From positions 31,868,001 to 31,932,000 of the forward strand of contig NC_042998.1 of assembly GCF_006345805.1 (NCBI RefSeq): 64,000 nt of DNA, given 5' to 3'. The translations under genes and the position numbers were made by a program. This document shows, one piece after another, positions 40,476 through 54,700 of this stretch. The DNA comes from Octopus sinensis (lineage: Eukaryota). Position 1 is the first letter of the stretch, and every line of letters begins with the position of its first letter. Below the pieces are notes generated by a model. The model worked only from the letters and a program-made list of their open reading frames with translations, did no database searches and had not been told where the DNA came from.

Positions 40476-40708
40476 TATTTCTTTACTACCCACAAGGGGC
40501 TAAACATAGAGGGGACAAACAAGGACAGACAAAGGGATTAAGTCGATAACATCGACCCCAGTGCGAAACTGGTACTTTATTTATCGACCCCGAAAGGATG
40601 AAAGGCAAAGTCGACCTCGGCGGAATTTGAACTCAGAACGTAACGACAGACGAAATACTGCTAAGCATTTCGCCCGGCGCGCTAACGTTTCTGCCAGCTC
40701 ACCGCCCT
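40476..40708 (-). mobile_element. Young full-length SINE type A with 15-bp TSD
   Basis: TSD atatggcacgatata at 40461-40475 and 40709-40723. Confidence 0.95.
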
Positions 40709-40993
40709 ATATGGCACGATATAGATACTGGTTTAGCTCCATTGCTTCTTAATAAACAATGGTGGCACTGGTATCACATTTACTCTTTGGCCACAGCTAT
40801 TTCAAGAACATATGGGTTCGATAAGTCACTTAAGTTGAAAAACATGAATATGTGTAATCATTAACTATTGTTTTTATAATATACAATGCATATTGTAAAT
40901 TTCATGAAAAGTTAATTATTAACGACGGAAGCGGTACTAATATCAAAAGGTAATTTTCATGTCCAAATTCACATGGATGTCCTGTTAAAACGT

Positions 40994-41575
40994 CGAATAC
41001 TGCGCTGTTTTCCTTGAGAGATCCTCTGATACAGGTACTTGGTGCATAAAAAGACAAACATAGATCGTAGCAGACCAGAATCGTTTGTCACTGGCCCCAA
41101 GATTCCAGTATCACGTGATTCCAGTGATTCCATTCTATTGGTAATCATCGGCATTGGGCGTCCTGTCACCACATACCAGTTAGTTTGTGTGTTTTTATGT
41201 ACCAAACTTCTATATGAGAGAATCTCTCCAGGACTAGAATGAAGTATTCGGTGTTCTAACAAGTCATCTATGTTAAGATGGATACAAGAGTTACAGTTTT
41301 GTCGTCATATTGCTCTCCTCGCTAACAACCAACTTTTAACTGCTATTTGTTATACCAGTGAGAGAAGATATGCTGATCTTCTATATATCGTTGCAGTAAG
41401 ATTTGACTGGCGTGCAGTGACCGAACGCCTTCTACTGATGTTTTCCCAGAAGAATGAAATCACGTGATATGAGTCCCGGCGGCCATGACAGACGATTCTC
41501 ACCATCTTTGATCTATATGTGTGCCTTTATGCACTAAGTGCTTATATGAGAGAAGCTAATCACGCAGTATTCGGT
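40994..41575. repeat. Old MITE-like inverted repeats (three diverged arms)
   Basis: 40994-41060 is inverted to 41185-41250 (roughly 70% by eye); 40994-41120 is also inverted to ~41455-41575. Confidence 0.55.
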
Positions 41576-42111
41576 ATTATCACAAGACATCAATAAGTAT
41601 TTCATCGTGATATTGATGAATAAATTAATACGAGCAGGATTTGGACGAATTCACCATTCTAAAGAGATACAGATAATTTAATGAGTGGGTTTAATGTTTT
41701 TAGAAGACGAATATCAGTTATAAATGCAAATAAAAAATAATAAAAATGATGGTTCTAAAGTGTTAGTTGAGAAAAGTTTAGAAGTTGGATTTGTTAATTA
41801 GCCTTTATATTCAGACAGTTGTCTGCTCGAGAAAGTAAAACATTATCGAAATTGTGCATCATAACCCAGGGTATTATCAATTAAATGGGATTGGGATGCC
41901 TGGAGTAACTTTAAAGAAAATATTAATCACCGGAAAGAGAATAAAGGAGTGCAGGAAAGAAAGAAGAAAAAGAGATAGAAAGAATACCAATGTTTCAATA
42001 ATAATATAAATTAGTAACAAACAGTTGCACGATTGTATATACCCGAATATATTTGTACGCACAAACATACACACACGCACACACACATACATACATACAT
42101 ACATACATACA

Positions 42112-42147
<36 letters not shown>

Positions 42148-42304
42148 TATACACACATATATAAACAATTATATAACTTTGATTAAGAGTACACAAATCT
42201 GGAAAGTTCCTTCAATTCTCACCTATCAACTAGTGCATTGATATTTTAGAATGGTTCTTTAAAATCCAATTGATCAATATATATTAATTTTATACTAATT
42301 ATAT

Positions 42305-42515
42305 AAGGAGGCGGGCTGGCAGGATCGGTAGCACGCCGGATAAAACGCTCAGCGGTATTTCGTCTGTCTTTACGTTCTGAGTTCAAATTCCGCCCAGGTT
42401 GACTTTACATTTCATACTATGGGGATCAATAAAATAAATACCAGTTGTGCACTGTGACCAATGTACCCGACTTAACTCCACACTCAAATTGCTGGCCTTG
42501 TGCCAAAATTTGAAA
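42305..42515 (+). mobile_element. SINE type A
   Basis: aaggaggcgggctggcaggatcgg...gagttcaaattcc... Confidence 0.85.
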
Positions 42516-42836
42516 TCAAGATATAATAATTCCACGGATGTCTTGAAGATTAATCTAGTCTTATTTAAAAAAATTTTAATATTCCATTACTACTCCTATA
42601 AATGTATTCCTACGTTCACTAAAATTTCAAGACTCTCTTGAAATCGCCATCTTAATGATGAGCCTCAAGTAATTGCCTGAATAATACGATAAATGCTAAG
42701 ATCTTCATTTCTGTGATAAACATGTTTTAGCTGTAAATTCTTTGTAAACTTCATGGTTAACGAACCGTGACATTTACTTTGCTATCACTTATTTTACTTT
42801 CAATTCACGGAATTGCGTTAAAATCATTGCGTATAC

Positions 42837-43024
42837 AGGCGCAGGAGTGGCTGTGTGATAAGTAACTTGTTTACCAATCACATGGTGCTGGGTTCAGTCC
42901 CACTGCGTGGCGCCATGGGCAGTTGTCTTCTATAATAGCATCGGGCCGACCAAAGCCTTGTGTGTGGATTTGGCAGACGGAAACTGAAAGAAGCTCGTCG
43001 TATACACACACACACACACACACA

Positions 43025-43068
<44 letters not shown>

Positions 43069-43326
43069 AAAAAGGAGATGTGGAACACGAGTTGTGATAT
43101 ATAAAAAGGAAATGAAGAAAATGCTGACAAAATAATTTAATTAGGTGAAAGTTCTTTTTACCGGTAGCGCATTTGTTATGCTTATCAAAAGTTTTCTAGA
43201 TAAGAGGAAAAAACTTTTGATAAGCATAACAAATGCGCAACCAGTAAAAAGAACTTTCACCTAATTAAATTAATTAAATTACTTAAATTATTTTGTCAGC
43301 ATTTTCTTCATTTCCTTTTATATATA

Positions 43327-43365
<39 letters not shown>

Positions 43366-43420
43366 CGGTGCTCCAGCATGACCGCAACCAAATGAATGAA
43401 ACAAATAAAAGAATAAAAGA
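42837..43420 (+). mobile_element. SINE type B interrupted and partly deleted by a foldback element
   Basis: 5' part 42837-43000; 3' end 43363-43420. Confidence 0.85.
43066..43325. mobile_element. Foldback element (~95-bp arms, ~13-nt loop) in the SINE TA tract
   Basis: 43097-43194 is inverted to 43209-43325 (one arm has an insertion); TTGATAA-GCAT..ATGC-GC(A/T)A-CC(G/A)G-TA motif. Confidence 0.85.
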
Positions 43421-44501
43421 TTACTTTGTTTTACTTTAACAATTTTAATATTCCTTATTTCCTTTCTATTAATTTCCTCGTCTAGATTTCTACCTCACCA
43501 CTCACCAATATTTTTTTTTACCAATTAACACCAAATAATATTTTCCATTGAAATGAAGTAACTAAGAGACCCATATAGCGTTAGACACTTAAAAGAGTAT
43601 TGACGACTTTCTCGTCATGTTTTATATCAAAGCAAGTCCAGACTGCCTGCGGCCGATCTCTGGCGTATAGATATGATAAAAATTCAATTAAATATTCTCA
43701 TCTGTTGAGACACCCGTCTATTATGCTTTATTTCCCATGCGTATTACGTTAAACTGAAATTTATCAAGCTAATTATTTACAATTTTACTATTCAGTGCGA
43801 CGACCGAACAAGCAAGTGTAAAGTATCTTGACGAAACGTCACAGTATAGGTGAAAAGGAAACATATTCCCAGATGGTTACTAGGTGGTTTGATTGACTGT
43901 TCGATCTGTTATTGATTTGTAACACTGAAACTCCTGGTGATTTATGAATGTTTTCTGATCCTGGCATCGGACATCTTTGTATTTGTTTTAAATATAGAAA
44001 TACGTCGGTCTGCTTTGTTGAAATTTTAAATGCTTGTGTCAATTTGATTTTCTTTGTTTTTATACGAATTTATTTGTCCGCTTTGCAATTGATTGTATTG
44101 TTGGAGACGCTCATACAGATGTAGGTATCGTTACTTAGATATTATCAGTCTCACTGCCCATGCAGTATTACCTACTAACGATAACTGTCCCAGGTGATAA
44201 ATTGAGGCTACTAATTTGTTTCTTGAATTTAAGACGGCATTTATTGATCAGTTCCACGAATAACAATAATGTCTCACATAATATTTCGTCTGTGACAGCT
44301 CTTACTTTAATTAGCCATATATTGCCGCAACATTTGCTTCATAAGAACGGAATAAAATAACCGGACAAGATTGATATGTCAGGCATTGAATTTTTTATAA
44401 GTTGAGAGATTGTGGAAAACATGAGCAAGGAATTAAGTACGTGGAGATACAATTAAAAAACGATTATAAAATATGCGTTTAATATTTTCATTTGACATTC
44501 T

Positions 44502-44740
44502 TATTTCTTATTTCTTTATTGCCCACAAGGGGCTAAACATAGAGGGGACAAACAAGGACGGACAAAGGGATTAAGGTGATTAGATCAACCCCAGTGCGTA
44601 ACTGGTACTTAATTTATCGACCCCGAAAGGATGAAAGGCAAAGTCGACCTCGGCGGAATTTGAACTCAGAACGTAGCGGCAGACGAAATATCCGCTAAGC
44701 ATTTCGCCTGGCGTGCTGACGCTTCTGCTAGCTCGCTCCC
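44502..44740 (-). mobile_element. SINE type A with 17-bp TSD
   Basis: TSD ttttcatttgacattct at 44485-44501 and 44741-44757. Confidence 0.95.
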
Positions 44741-45027
44741 TTTTCATTTGACATTCTGCAGACATAACTCTCTGAGAGGGCGTAGTTTGCAGAAAAGTCA
44801 TCAAAGAAACTAGAGCACAAATCATTGTTTTGTATAACAGAATGAGAGTCCTTTGCTATTTGCAAATTATTTTATTAGAGGTAATATCTGAGCTCAAGTT
44901 CAGAGGATTGAATTATATTCGACGGTAAACCATAGTTAATCAAGTAAGGCCGTCAGCATGTCTAAAACGATGCTGATGTATTCTCCAAAACGTATAAACA
45001 CGTACCAATATCAGAAATTGTTACCAG

Positions 45028-45245
45028 TCGGCGAGCTGGCAAAATCATTTTCCATGTTGGCCAAAATGCTTAGAAGTATTTCGTCCGTCTTTGCGTTAAG
45101 AGTTCAAATTCTGCCTAGGTCGGTTTTGCTTCTCAACCTTATAGACTCGATATAATTAGTGCCAGTTGGACAATGGAGTCAAGTTAATCTAGTTAATCCC
45201 TTCCTCTTCCCTGAAATTACTGGTCATGTGGCAAAGTTTGAAAAC
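45028..45245 (+). mobile_element. Degraded SINE type A
   Basis: ggcgagctggcaaaatc...agagttcaaattctgcc. Confidence 0.7.
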
Positions 45246-45336
45246 GGTATTAGAAATTATTGCCATTATTCAAGGAGCTCAATTGCAGATCAAGTTCAGA
45301 CCTTTTCAGAAGGTAGTGAGTTGTCGGGCTACTCAC

Positions 45337-45370
45337 GTGACTCTTGTTGCCTCTGTTCAGACTTTGTAGC
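45337..45370 (-). CDS. Candidate 34-nt micro-exon
   Basis: ctaat branch-like site, tgttatag| acceptor, consensus-like CAC|gtgagt donor; two open frames. Confidence 0.2.
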
Positions 45371-45683
45371 CTATAACATTACTGCATTAGTAAAAATATG
45401 CAGTATCTTCTACGACAAAACATTTGCGTAGACTTCATCAAAGAAAAGATAACTATATCTACCTACGGTACAGCGGTACATCGCTTTTCCTGTGATTACG
45501 AGTAACAAGTGGTAATTTGCTAAGGCTTCATAAAAAAGAAAAGAAAAAAATACGTATCTTGCAGTTCGTTGGCTACTTCTTGCTACCATTTTATGGCTAT
45601 TTCATTATGGACAGAATGACAAGTGTTAGATCAGAAACAACAATGTTAATGCTATTAGATTATTCTAATATTTGCTTTCATAT

Positions 45684-45720
<37 letters not shown>

Positions 45721-47049
45721 GCACACACTGACACACACATACAGAAACACACACTCATACACATACACACACCTACTTACACACATAAAGATACATTCAA
45801 ACACACACACACACACACATTAAACAATAAACAATTCAATTTCAAGGATGTTTATTTAAAGAAACCTTTAAATTTGAAAAGATTCTATAGAAACACTCTT
45901 CAGAAGATATTTAAAGGACTGAGTCATGTCAAATATCAGTATTTACGTACATTATTCAATGTCTGCGACTATCAAATCTTTTGAGGAGGAATGCGAAGGG
46001 AGGTGGGTGTGTGTGAGGAGGAAACGCAAAGGACACAAGAAATTATAAAAAAAGACAAAACGATAACAATGAGCAAAATAGTAGAGGAATGGTGGTGTGT
46101 AGATTTAAATGGATGAGCGAAAGAGACTTGGACGCCATTGATGTGATTATATATGCACGTTCGAATGTATCCGGTATAGAGTGTATTCATGTCTTTTTGT
46201 GAGGACATTAGGAATACGAAAAATAAAACAAATCGAAGCCAATGACAAAGTAATGAAGAAATGTAAATAAAAAAACAATAACGGCATGGATATATCTAAA
46301 TATTGACATTAGGGAATTGTGATAGGAAAGCAATACGTATCTTCATGCTTGGAATTGCATCGTCCATATATCTACATAGACGATTCGCCCGTTCGTAAAA
46401 TCTAATGAATACATACTTTTTGTAGATTATATATATTGCTACTCCCTTTTTTCATTCCTGCCACTAATTCTCTACCAACAGATGATACCTCCTATTCCTA
46501 ATCGTTCCAGTTATGTGGATTGCCAATACACCTCAGGCGAAATTCAGCATTCTCCAAGGTCGTCTCCCGATATAATGCTAGAATTATTTTCGCTAAGTCG
46601 ACACTTACTTAAACATAAATGTGAGTCTTGTAACAATAAAAACCGATTTAGAAACGCATTCAATTATATTCATTGTTACAAATGTGACACTACAAAATCA
46701 ATTTTTTGTAATACATTTTTTTTTATTTAATACAATACTGACAATCATTTCTTAAGTTTAACCTTTCGCTTCTCGCTCCTGTTTTATCGTTACGTTTTCT
46801 CAGTACTGAAATATTATTTTCTTTCAAAAGGAAGAGTCGACCCGCAGTTGTTAGAGTAATATTGTCATCACGACATGAAGTCATATCCAAAATAACGAGG
46901 TTCCTTATAATTTTTGCCGACGTAATATATCATTAGTTTCTTGAATCACGCATACAGTAACACACATACACATGAATAACGCACGCCCATGTATGTGCAC
47001 TTTATATTCGTTCCAAATGAATTATTGTAATTCAACTATAATACACTTG

Positions 47050-47175
47050 TCGATAAAACAAAAGACGGAGATTAGTTTGTAAACAACAAACACATGTATT
47101 AGTTTAAAGTCTTTTACGTTTCGAGCCAACGCTCTTCGACAGAAAGAAACACAGAAACAGGGAGAGAAAATAAAA
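47050..47175 (-). mobile_element. Family F element, deleted copy
   Basis: Reverse complement TCTTT-CTGTCGAA-GAGC GTTG GCTC-GAAA-CGTA-AAAGA at 47110-47147. Confidence 0.7.
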
Positions 47176-47225
47176 ATATATGTAAGTATGTATGTATGTA
47201 TGTATGTATGTATGTATGTATGTAT

Positions 47226-47278
<53 letters not shown>

Positions 47279-47293
47279 GATCTATCTATCTAT

Positions 47294-47326
<33 letters not shown>

Positions 47327-48237
47327 TATATATATACATACATACTTACATACATATGTAAATGTTTTATCTTTTACGGGTTTTAGCCAGACGCTGAGGC
47401 CATGCTGATGCACCGCATATATATATATATATTTATATAAGTATATTCATATTTACGTGAGTCATATAAGAGACCAAAAGTCAGGGAAAACATGCACTTG
47501 TAAGTCATTTGATTCACTATATATTTATATATGTGTGTGCTTTGCTTGTATACACATGTTTGGTATTTCTATTTTTACTACCCGCTTAACACACCCACAT
47601 ACACACTCCAAAACACATATATAACGACGAATGGGTTTTCTTATATATCACTTATATAGCAAAGTTCGATACACGGCACTAATGATATGCGAGCAAAAGG
47701 AACATTTATGCATAGTATATGATGCATTTTTTGAGTTATATTGTCAATCAGATGACTAGAAAATATTCCAGCAATTTCAGAAATGCAGGTGAAACTAACT
47801 GAAAAGGATATGGAGTTAACGTGGAGCAAGTCATAATTAACGCAATGATTGCAAAGATTTAGAAAAAAACACTGAAACGTAACAAAATGTGAAATCGTCT
47901 TTTGGTGGCCGCAGGATATCCAGGTAATTGATGCAGTTGTAGGTTTTTTCTGAAACATGATTTATTCCATTTTTTTCCTCACTTTTTTTGGTGTGAGAGC
48001 TTACACAAAGAATGCGCAATGGATTGTAAAATAAGTGGAGTAATTTGTCAGACACATAATGACGATAGGAAGCATGAGAAAAGTGTGCAGAAGAAATAAA
48101 GTTTATACTTTTATTCAGTGGTCTGACTTTCACTGATGGCCATCTATTTTCACTTCCTAGTTTTCTGAAGTAGAAAACCACAATACTGGATAAGAGGGCG
48201 AAGATTCAACTATACTATGCTATACTATACTATACTA

Positions 48238-48286
<49 letters not shown>

Positions 48287-48290
48287 CACG

Positions 48291-48321
<31 letters not shown>

Positions 48322-48360
48322 ACACATATATATATAATATATATATATATATATTATATA

Positions 48361-48660
48361 TATAGGAAAGAATGGAGCTGAACGAAGATTTAATAAAATT
48401 CCTTTATTTTATTTTCGACATATGTTCGAAGTCATATGTTTCGAAACATATGTCGAAAATAAAATAAAGGAATTTTGTTAAATCTTCGTTCAGCTCCATT
48501 CTTTCCTATACTAAATATATTAATTAAACTTCAAATTTCCGCACTAAGGCACGGAGTTTATGCCCTATGGTCGTAACTTCAACCGTGCTTTTTCTGTTGT
48601 GAGTTTGCTACCCAGGTATCGGTTATCTTTCGTATTATCCGTGATAAGATAATTCATTTG
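48361..48660. mobile_element. Foldback derived from the Naiad-like pseudo-LTR, in (TA)n
   Basis: 48361-48430 is inverted to ~48440-48510; arm gaaacatatgtcga..taaaggaattttgttaa.atcttcgttca.ctccatt matches 57205-57258. Confidence 0.85.
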
Positions 48661-48699
48661 TCTACTTATATATATATTTATATATATATATATATATAT

Positions 48700-48746
<47 letters not shown>

Positions 48747-48786
48747 ACATATATATATATCTATATATATACATACATATATATAT

Positions 48787-48830
<44 letters not shown>

Positions 48831-49668
48831 CGAGGGTTAAATAAAGACCCACACTAGACTTCTCACTGGTATTATTATCAAAGAGAGAATTTCACTACGG
48901 TCTTTCTATACCACGAACATCGTCTTACCTGCCACTTTAGGTTTTCTGGATACTAATACCCTTCATATATATATATATATGAAAGCATTCCTTCGGTTAC
49001 GACGACAAGGATTTGCCTTAACCAGCAAGCCGCATGCCTCCATATGGACATATAGATATATATATATATATGTGTGTGTGTATGTGTGTTTGTGTGTGTG
49101 CACGCACACACACACACACTACAAAGCAGAAAACATCAGCAACCGGCGTCTATTTTTACGCACGTTTTCTGAAGAATGGCTCCTAACCCTGAATTATAAT
49201 ACATGCATGTGTTTACCATATACACATGTCTGATTATTCTGTGGCATATTAACAGCCTTCTCAAAGTCTTTCGTGATAGTTCGCTCACCCTGATTCTAGC
49301 TGAAATGGAGGAACCTATAGCATTTTTGAAGAATAGAGGATAACAGAAGCTTATGGACGGATCAAGGAAAAGAGAGGCCGCCTGAAAACATTATATTCTT
49401 TGGATTGGAAGCGTGTTTGGTGGCATATCTAAAAGAATGCGTGCAATGCTTTTCTTTTTTCTCTGGGAATTTCGTGATATATCTATGTGAACTGCGTATA
49501 TTAGTGCGGTGACAACGGAAAGCAATCCACGATCTTTTGTCTAATTTAGCTTACCAATGATAACCAAACATCATTGTAATATTAGAACGGCAACCTACAC
49601 AAAGTGTATTTTCACTCATACAAATACCTACTTACACATGTATATATTCTTTATATTTTTATGTAATA

Positions 49669-50066
49669 CTAGCAGTATCGCCCGGCGTTGCTCGGGTTTG
49701 TAAGGGAAATAACTATATAAGCATTTTTAGAGAGTTATAGCAAAAAAATAGCAAAAAAATGCATTAAAAATGGAAAAAAATGATGGTAAATTTTTTTTTT
49801 AAATCGTTGACTTATCGTAGACATTTTTAGAGAGTTACTTCCCTTATATAATAGCGAAAAAAATGCATTAAAATGGAAAAAATGATGGTAATTTAAAAAA
49901 AAAATCGTAGACTCATCGTAGACGCGGGCTAATACCCAGAAGGGCTCGATATGAATCACGACTATAAGATACCCGGTTTTGGTTAAGCTGCACCGCAAAA
50001 TGTGGGAGTAGTTAGGAATCTAAATCGTAGGAGACAGACACATAACTTGACTTTTATATATTAAGA
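49669..50066 (-). mobile_element. Non-autonomous Helitron
   Basis: Minus strand: A|TCTTAATATATAAAA 5' end; 3' hairpin CCCGAGCAACGCCGGG then CTAG|T; inserted between A and T without TSD; internal ~100-bp direct repeat. Confidence 0.88.
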
Positions 50067-52496
50067 TTTCTCCCCTTAAAAATCAAACGGGACAATGATA
50101 GAATTGTATCTTTTAAACAACGCCTGCGATCCCATCAAATTGCGTTTAGTATTTGTCATAATTATTTTTGCCCCATTTTGCCGAGGGATTTCTAATTCTA
50201 CCTTAGCCATCTTCAACTTTCAATGATACAAAAATGACTAGTCACGTTTTAGTCTTGATTTAGTCATAGTGAAAGCAAGTGAGATGGTAACTAAACATGA
50301 TGGACTTCGCATGAAATAACAGTGTAGAACTCTACTCAACGCGTTTATACAACGAATAGATCATCTCACTCAAACGAAAACCTATTTTTATTCCTGGTCG
50401 CGCGTTAAATTTATTTCCTTAAAACTACAGGGAAGAAAGGAAACAATATGAGTGAGAAGGTGAGGGTTTCAATATATTTGAGGATATGTGTAAAGGAACT
50501 GGGATGACGTGGGTCGAAATAACACCAGCAGTTGCAAAATAGGTACAACGGCCACTAAGAACAATATGGCATCTATAGCTATGAATATCATTCGTAGCCA
50601 CAGCATATATAAATGCAAAATAGTTCTTTTAAAACCTATATCTTCAGCACAATTCATTTCAAAATATAAGTATTTCATTAGTAATAATTGTTTTCGATAA
50701 ATATAAAGAAATTGCTGAATACAGATTTGAATTTTGATTGTTTCTATGAATTGCCCATCAATTTGTCATACGACAAGAGGCAGTATTCAAAGACTTGTGG
50801 AATAGTGATATTTCAGCAAAGTTTCTATAACTGATGAACTGGTTCAACACCATCAGGTTAATAGACAGCGTAAGAGCTTCCCCAGTGGTATTTCAATAAA
50901 TACATAAGAAATACTTTATATTCTAAATTCATTATACACATTGCATTCATACAGTCAATACAATTATTTCTGCATCAAATACGTGTGTCTCTATATATTA
51001 ATATTTCTTTGTCTCGCATTAATTTATTGTAGTTTTGAATGTGAATTAGTTATGGAAATGTGTATCTCAAAGTAAATTGCATTGTCAAAAGTGTGTTAAG
51101 CATTGAGGAGTGTAAAATTCATATTGTTTTACAGAAATTTGAAGAAACAAAACAGCAATATTTCTAAGTTATGAAAACTTATTATATATTATATAATTTT
51201 ACAATGCACATTTCAAATTTAACTTCTATATCACTCAATATGTCTGACTTTAAAATCTAGCCCACTCATTCACTCTTTCATTCGATTTATCTTTCTTCTC
51301 CTCTTTCTCTGTTGATGTACAGCCCCAAGTTCACCCTGGTCGCTCACACATATGACTAAACGGTTACACCACTTACGTACATCAGCACGAATTTGACTTA
51401 TGGAGAATTATGGAGAATTATCCAATATCCAATATCGCTTTCTTATTTTAAAGGTGGTATTTTCAAGTGTATGCATTTTTGCATAGGATTTGATGTAAGA
51501 ACATACCTCACAAAAATGCTAAATGCTAAATAGTATGTTGTATCCATATATTCGAACCAACGGTTCTTTACTCAATTTAAATGAAATACTTAATCTGATG
51601 ACGTGCAATATGAGGAAACCTTTACACCTAATGGTTATATCACGTCACCAATTAATCAAACAACAAAATTACAGTATTATATGAACAGTCATTTATGTAA
51701 ATTTACTGAGGCACCGAAAAATTTATATTAGTAGATAGTAAATTACACATCTATTAATATTGCTTCAGACTTTATATGTAATGTTTAAAGAGATTTACCT
51801 CCAGTCATCGAGGTAAAGAAAATTTTGAAGAGCTTATCTCTCAGGTATTGTAGAATGTTGACGGTAAATACCAAATACATTATCGTTTCCTAGACATAAA
51901 CAAAATGATTATATGCAAAAATGTACAGTAATAAATTTACAAATTTTCCCGAAGTAATAAAAGTTAGTTACTAACATATTAATGTTCTCGTCTTTTTGAG
52001 AAAGAGACTGAAAATATATTCTAGCTGTATATCCTATGAAAACATTAAGTTCTTCAAAATTCTATGTATTATGAGATATAATTAGAATATTATATTGCCA
52101 GTCATTAAAAGTTATTGTATTGAGAGAAATTGTAATTCAAGTTCTAATTCGTTGGTTTATTGGTTTGTCAGCCTTTACTTTGTTTCTTAGAGTTTACAGT
52201 AAGACGATATCTCGATTCGTCTCTTCCTATGAAAGGCCTACAAACCATAACTTACATAAAAATGAGACTTTCCGCTAATAAAATTTTAGATTTAATATCT
52301 CGACCAATTACTTTAATAGATATTTAATACCTACTTACACACATTTTATTGTTTTTTGGTATATGAAGAAAACATAAAGCTGCATACAAAAGCAATCATA
52401 AATATGTCTATACATAAATGTGCATATGTATCGGTCTATCTGTTTGTCTTTTTACATGCCTAACGATATACATATCTATCTATCTATCTATCTATC

Positions 52497-52552
<56 letters not shown>

Positions 52553-53134
52553 CGTGTGTGCGTGCACGCGCGTATGGGGTGGGGTGGGTGTTATCGGTGT
52601 GTGTATGTATAACCATACACACTCACATAACGTTGTAACTCGTTATTCTTACTGAAACTTCGTCGATTTCAATAACTCTTTTCCCAAATCTGCTCAGAAT
52701 TCCAAAACCATCCTACACTTATTACTGAAGAAATATCCTGGGACTGTAATTTCCACGAAAAAAATTGGGAGAATTCAAGAAAGTATATGGCGGGAGGACC
52801 GCTAGTTCTAAAAGAGTTGATTCGTGAAGGATCACCCCTTTAAGTTCTCCTTAATACACCTCTCTTTCTTCAACTATTTCCTCAACTCTGTCTCTGTGTC
52901 TCTTTGAGATTTCTTTCTCACAGCCTGACACACACGTTCACTCTTATCTGTCTCGAATGAAAATTAATAGACAGTATGTGCTGGAACACTGTGCTAGTTA
53001 ACATTTCTCACAAAAAGTTTCTAACTTCTAAACATTATGGATCATAAAATATTATTTATTGCTTATTTAGAATTGAAATTTGTTCAACTTGTATACTCTA
53101 TGAATGGAAGAGCTAATTTATCATGGTTCATATA

Positions 53135-53862
53135 CGAGGAGACACCAAAAAGAAACTGGAATTTTGTAATATTATTTCATTCACTTAGTTTTATATGTTT
53201 ACACAATTATCACCTTCAAAGTTTTCTCCATTTGAAGTATAAGTCAAGACGAGTTTTCCATTGTTCGAAGTATTTCTAGAACTCTTGCGAAGTGATGTCT
53301 TTTAACGCCTCTGTCGTTTTCTTCACCTTTGTCACATCTGCAAAACGTTTTCCTTTAAGGATTTTCTACATTCGGGGGAACAAAATTCAATTTCAGGGAG
53401 CAATATAAGGTGAAAAGAGAGGGTGGATAAACGGGCTCAGGGCCATTTTTGGTCACACACTGTCTCACATTCAAGGCGATGGGCGAAGGTGTATTGTCGT
53501 TATGAAAGCATCATTCTTCACTTTGCCACTGGTCAAGGCATTTTCGTCTCACCGTATCTCGCAAAGACTTCAAAAATACCAAGTAAAATGTTTGATTAAC
53601 AGTTTGAACAAATACTGTGTGAATGATTCCTTTCGCATTGATGAAATAAATCAGCTTCGTTTTGACATTGGACTTCACTCGACACACTATTTTGGGGCGT
53701 GGTGACAATGAATGCTTCCATTAACTCGATTACCGCTTTGCTTCTCTGATCGGCAGATGGATGCCTTAGTGTCGCTTCAAGCGACTTCTAGCAGCGGAAA
53801 CCTTAACTACTACGAGCGTCACTCGCAGAGAATGTTTCCGGTTACTTTTGGGAACTTACTCG
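53135..53862 (-). mobile_element. Internally deleted mariner transposon
   Basis: SPRPK..KSNVKT..FINAKGIIH..VNQTFYL..L..LRD.VRRK; HPLFSPYIAP..LFPRM..LKGKRF (YSPDLAP motif); degenerate TIRs TA|CGAGG..CCAAAA..AACTGGAA and its inverse at 53835-53862. Confidence 0.9.
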
Positions 53863-53867
53863 CGTGC

Positions 53868-53917
<50 letters not shown>

Positions 53918-54189
53918 ATGAAACAATAAAATATGCTCTCCCATTCAAGGAGTATACTACTTAGATTTTGTTTATAAATATCAGCAAACTTAATGCAAAA
54001 TAAACAATGAATTATATTTTATGATCCATAATATTTAGAATTGCGAGATATCTTTCAAAACCTTTTGTGAGAAATTTTGACAAAGATAGTGTTCCAGTAT
54101 ATAATGTCAATTAATTTTCATTCAAGACAAATAAAACAGAGTAATAATATAGAAGAGAATAAGAGAATAAGAGTGAGAGAGAGTATATA

Positions 54190-54196
54190 TAATAAC

Positions 54197-54227
<31 letters not shown>

Positions 54228-54259
54228 TAATAATAATAATAATAACGATAATAATAATA

Positions 54260-54317
<58 letters not shown>

Positions 54318-54345
54318 TATTATGATAATAATAATAGTTAATAAT
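54190..54345. repeat. (AAT)n microsatellite
   Basis: Directly visible. Confidence 0.95.
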
Positions 54346-54429
54346 ATCAAAAAGTAATATATATATATATGATGACTAACAAGCTACGTAACAGAGCTTA
54401 AGATGGGAGGCTGTATAACTCGTTTACAA

Positions 54430-54700
54430 GAGGAAGCAATTTTGAGGTAATTCCAAAGATTCCAATATGTTGTGGAAAAAGACCTTACAATCTGATGAGT
54501 TTAGACTGCAAGGGACATTTGAAAGGGATCTAACGAAAGGCAGTCTGCAGGTGGGAAGTTCCTCTGGTTGGATGTAATCGGGATCTAACCACTTAAGACA
54601 TCCAAGCATTTTGTTGAGTCTCACATTCAACATGCAAATTAATAGTGAACCAGAATGAAAGAAAACTTCATAAATCTCTAATCCTTTCAAATGCTCAACC
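54430..54700 (+). mobile_element. Possible Tc1/Tc3 transposase relic
   Basis: LWKKTLQSDEFR (W..V..SDE) followed in another frame by RQSAGGKFLW (RQxGGGS.MVW). Confidence 0.4.

Noticed and set aside
40969-41262. 97-aa ORF as an RTE reverse transcriptase tail
   Set aside because: Motif match is poor and the region is better explained by inverted repeats.
50469-50700. Overlapping ORFs with a hydrophobic or PTB-like stretch
   Set aside because: No clear splice donor and no recognisable family.
54485-54550. CTGATGA...GAAA as a hammerhead
   Set aside because: No stem I or stem III pairing; better explained as the SDE codons of a Tc1-like transposase relic.
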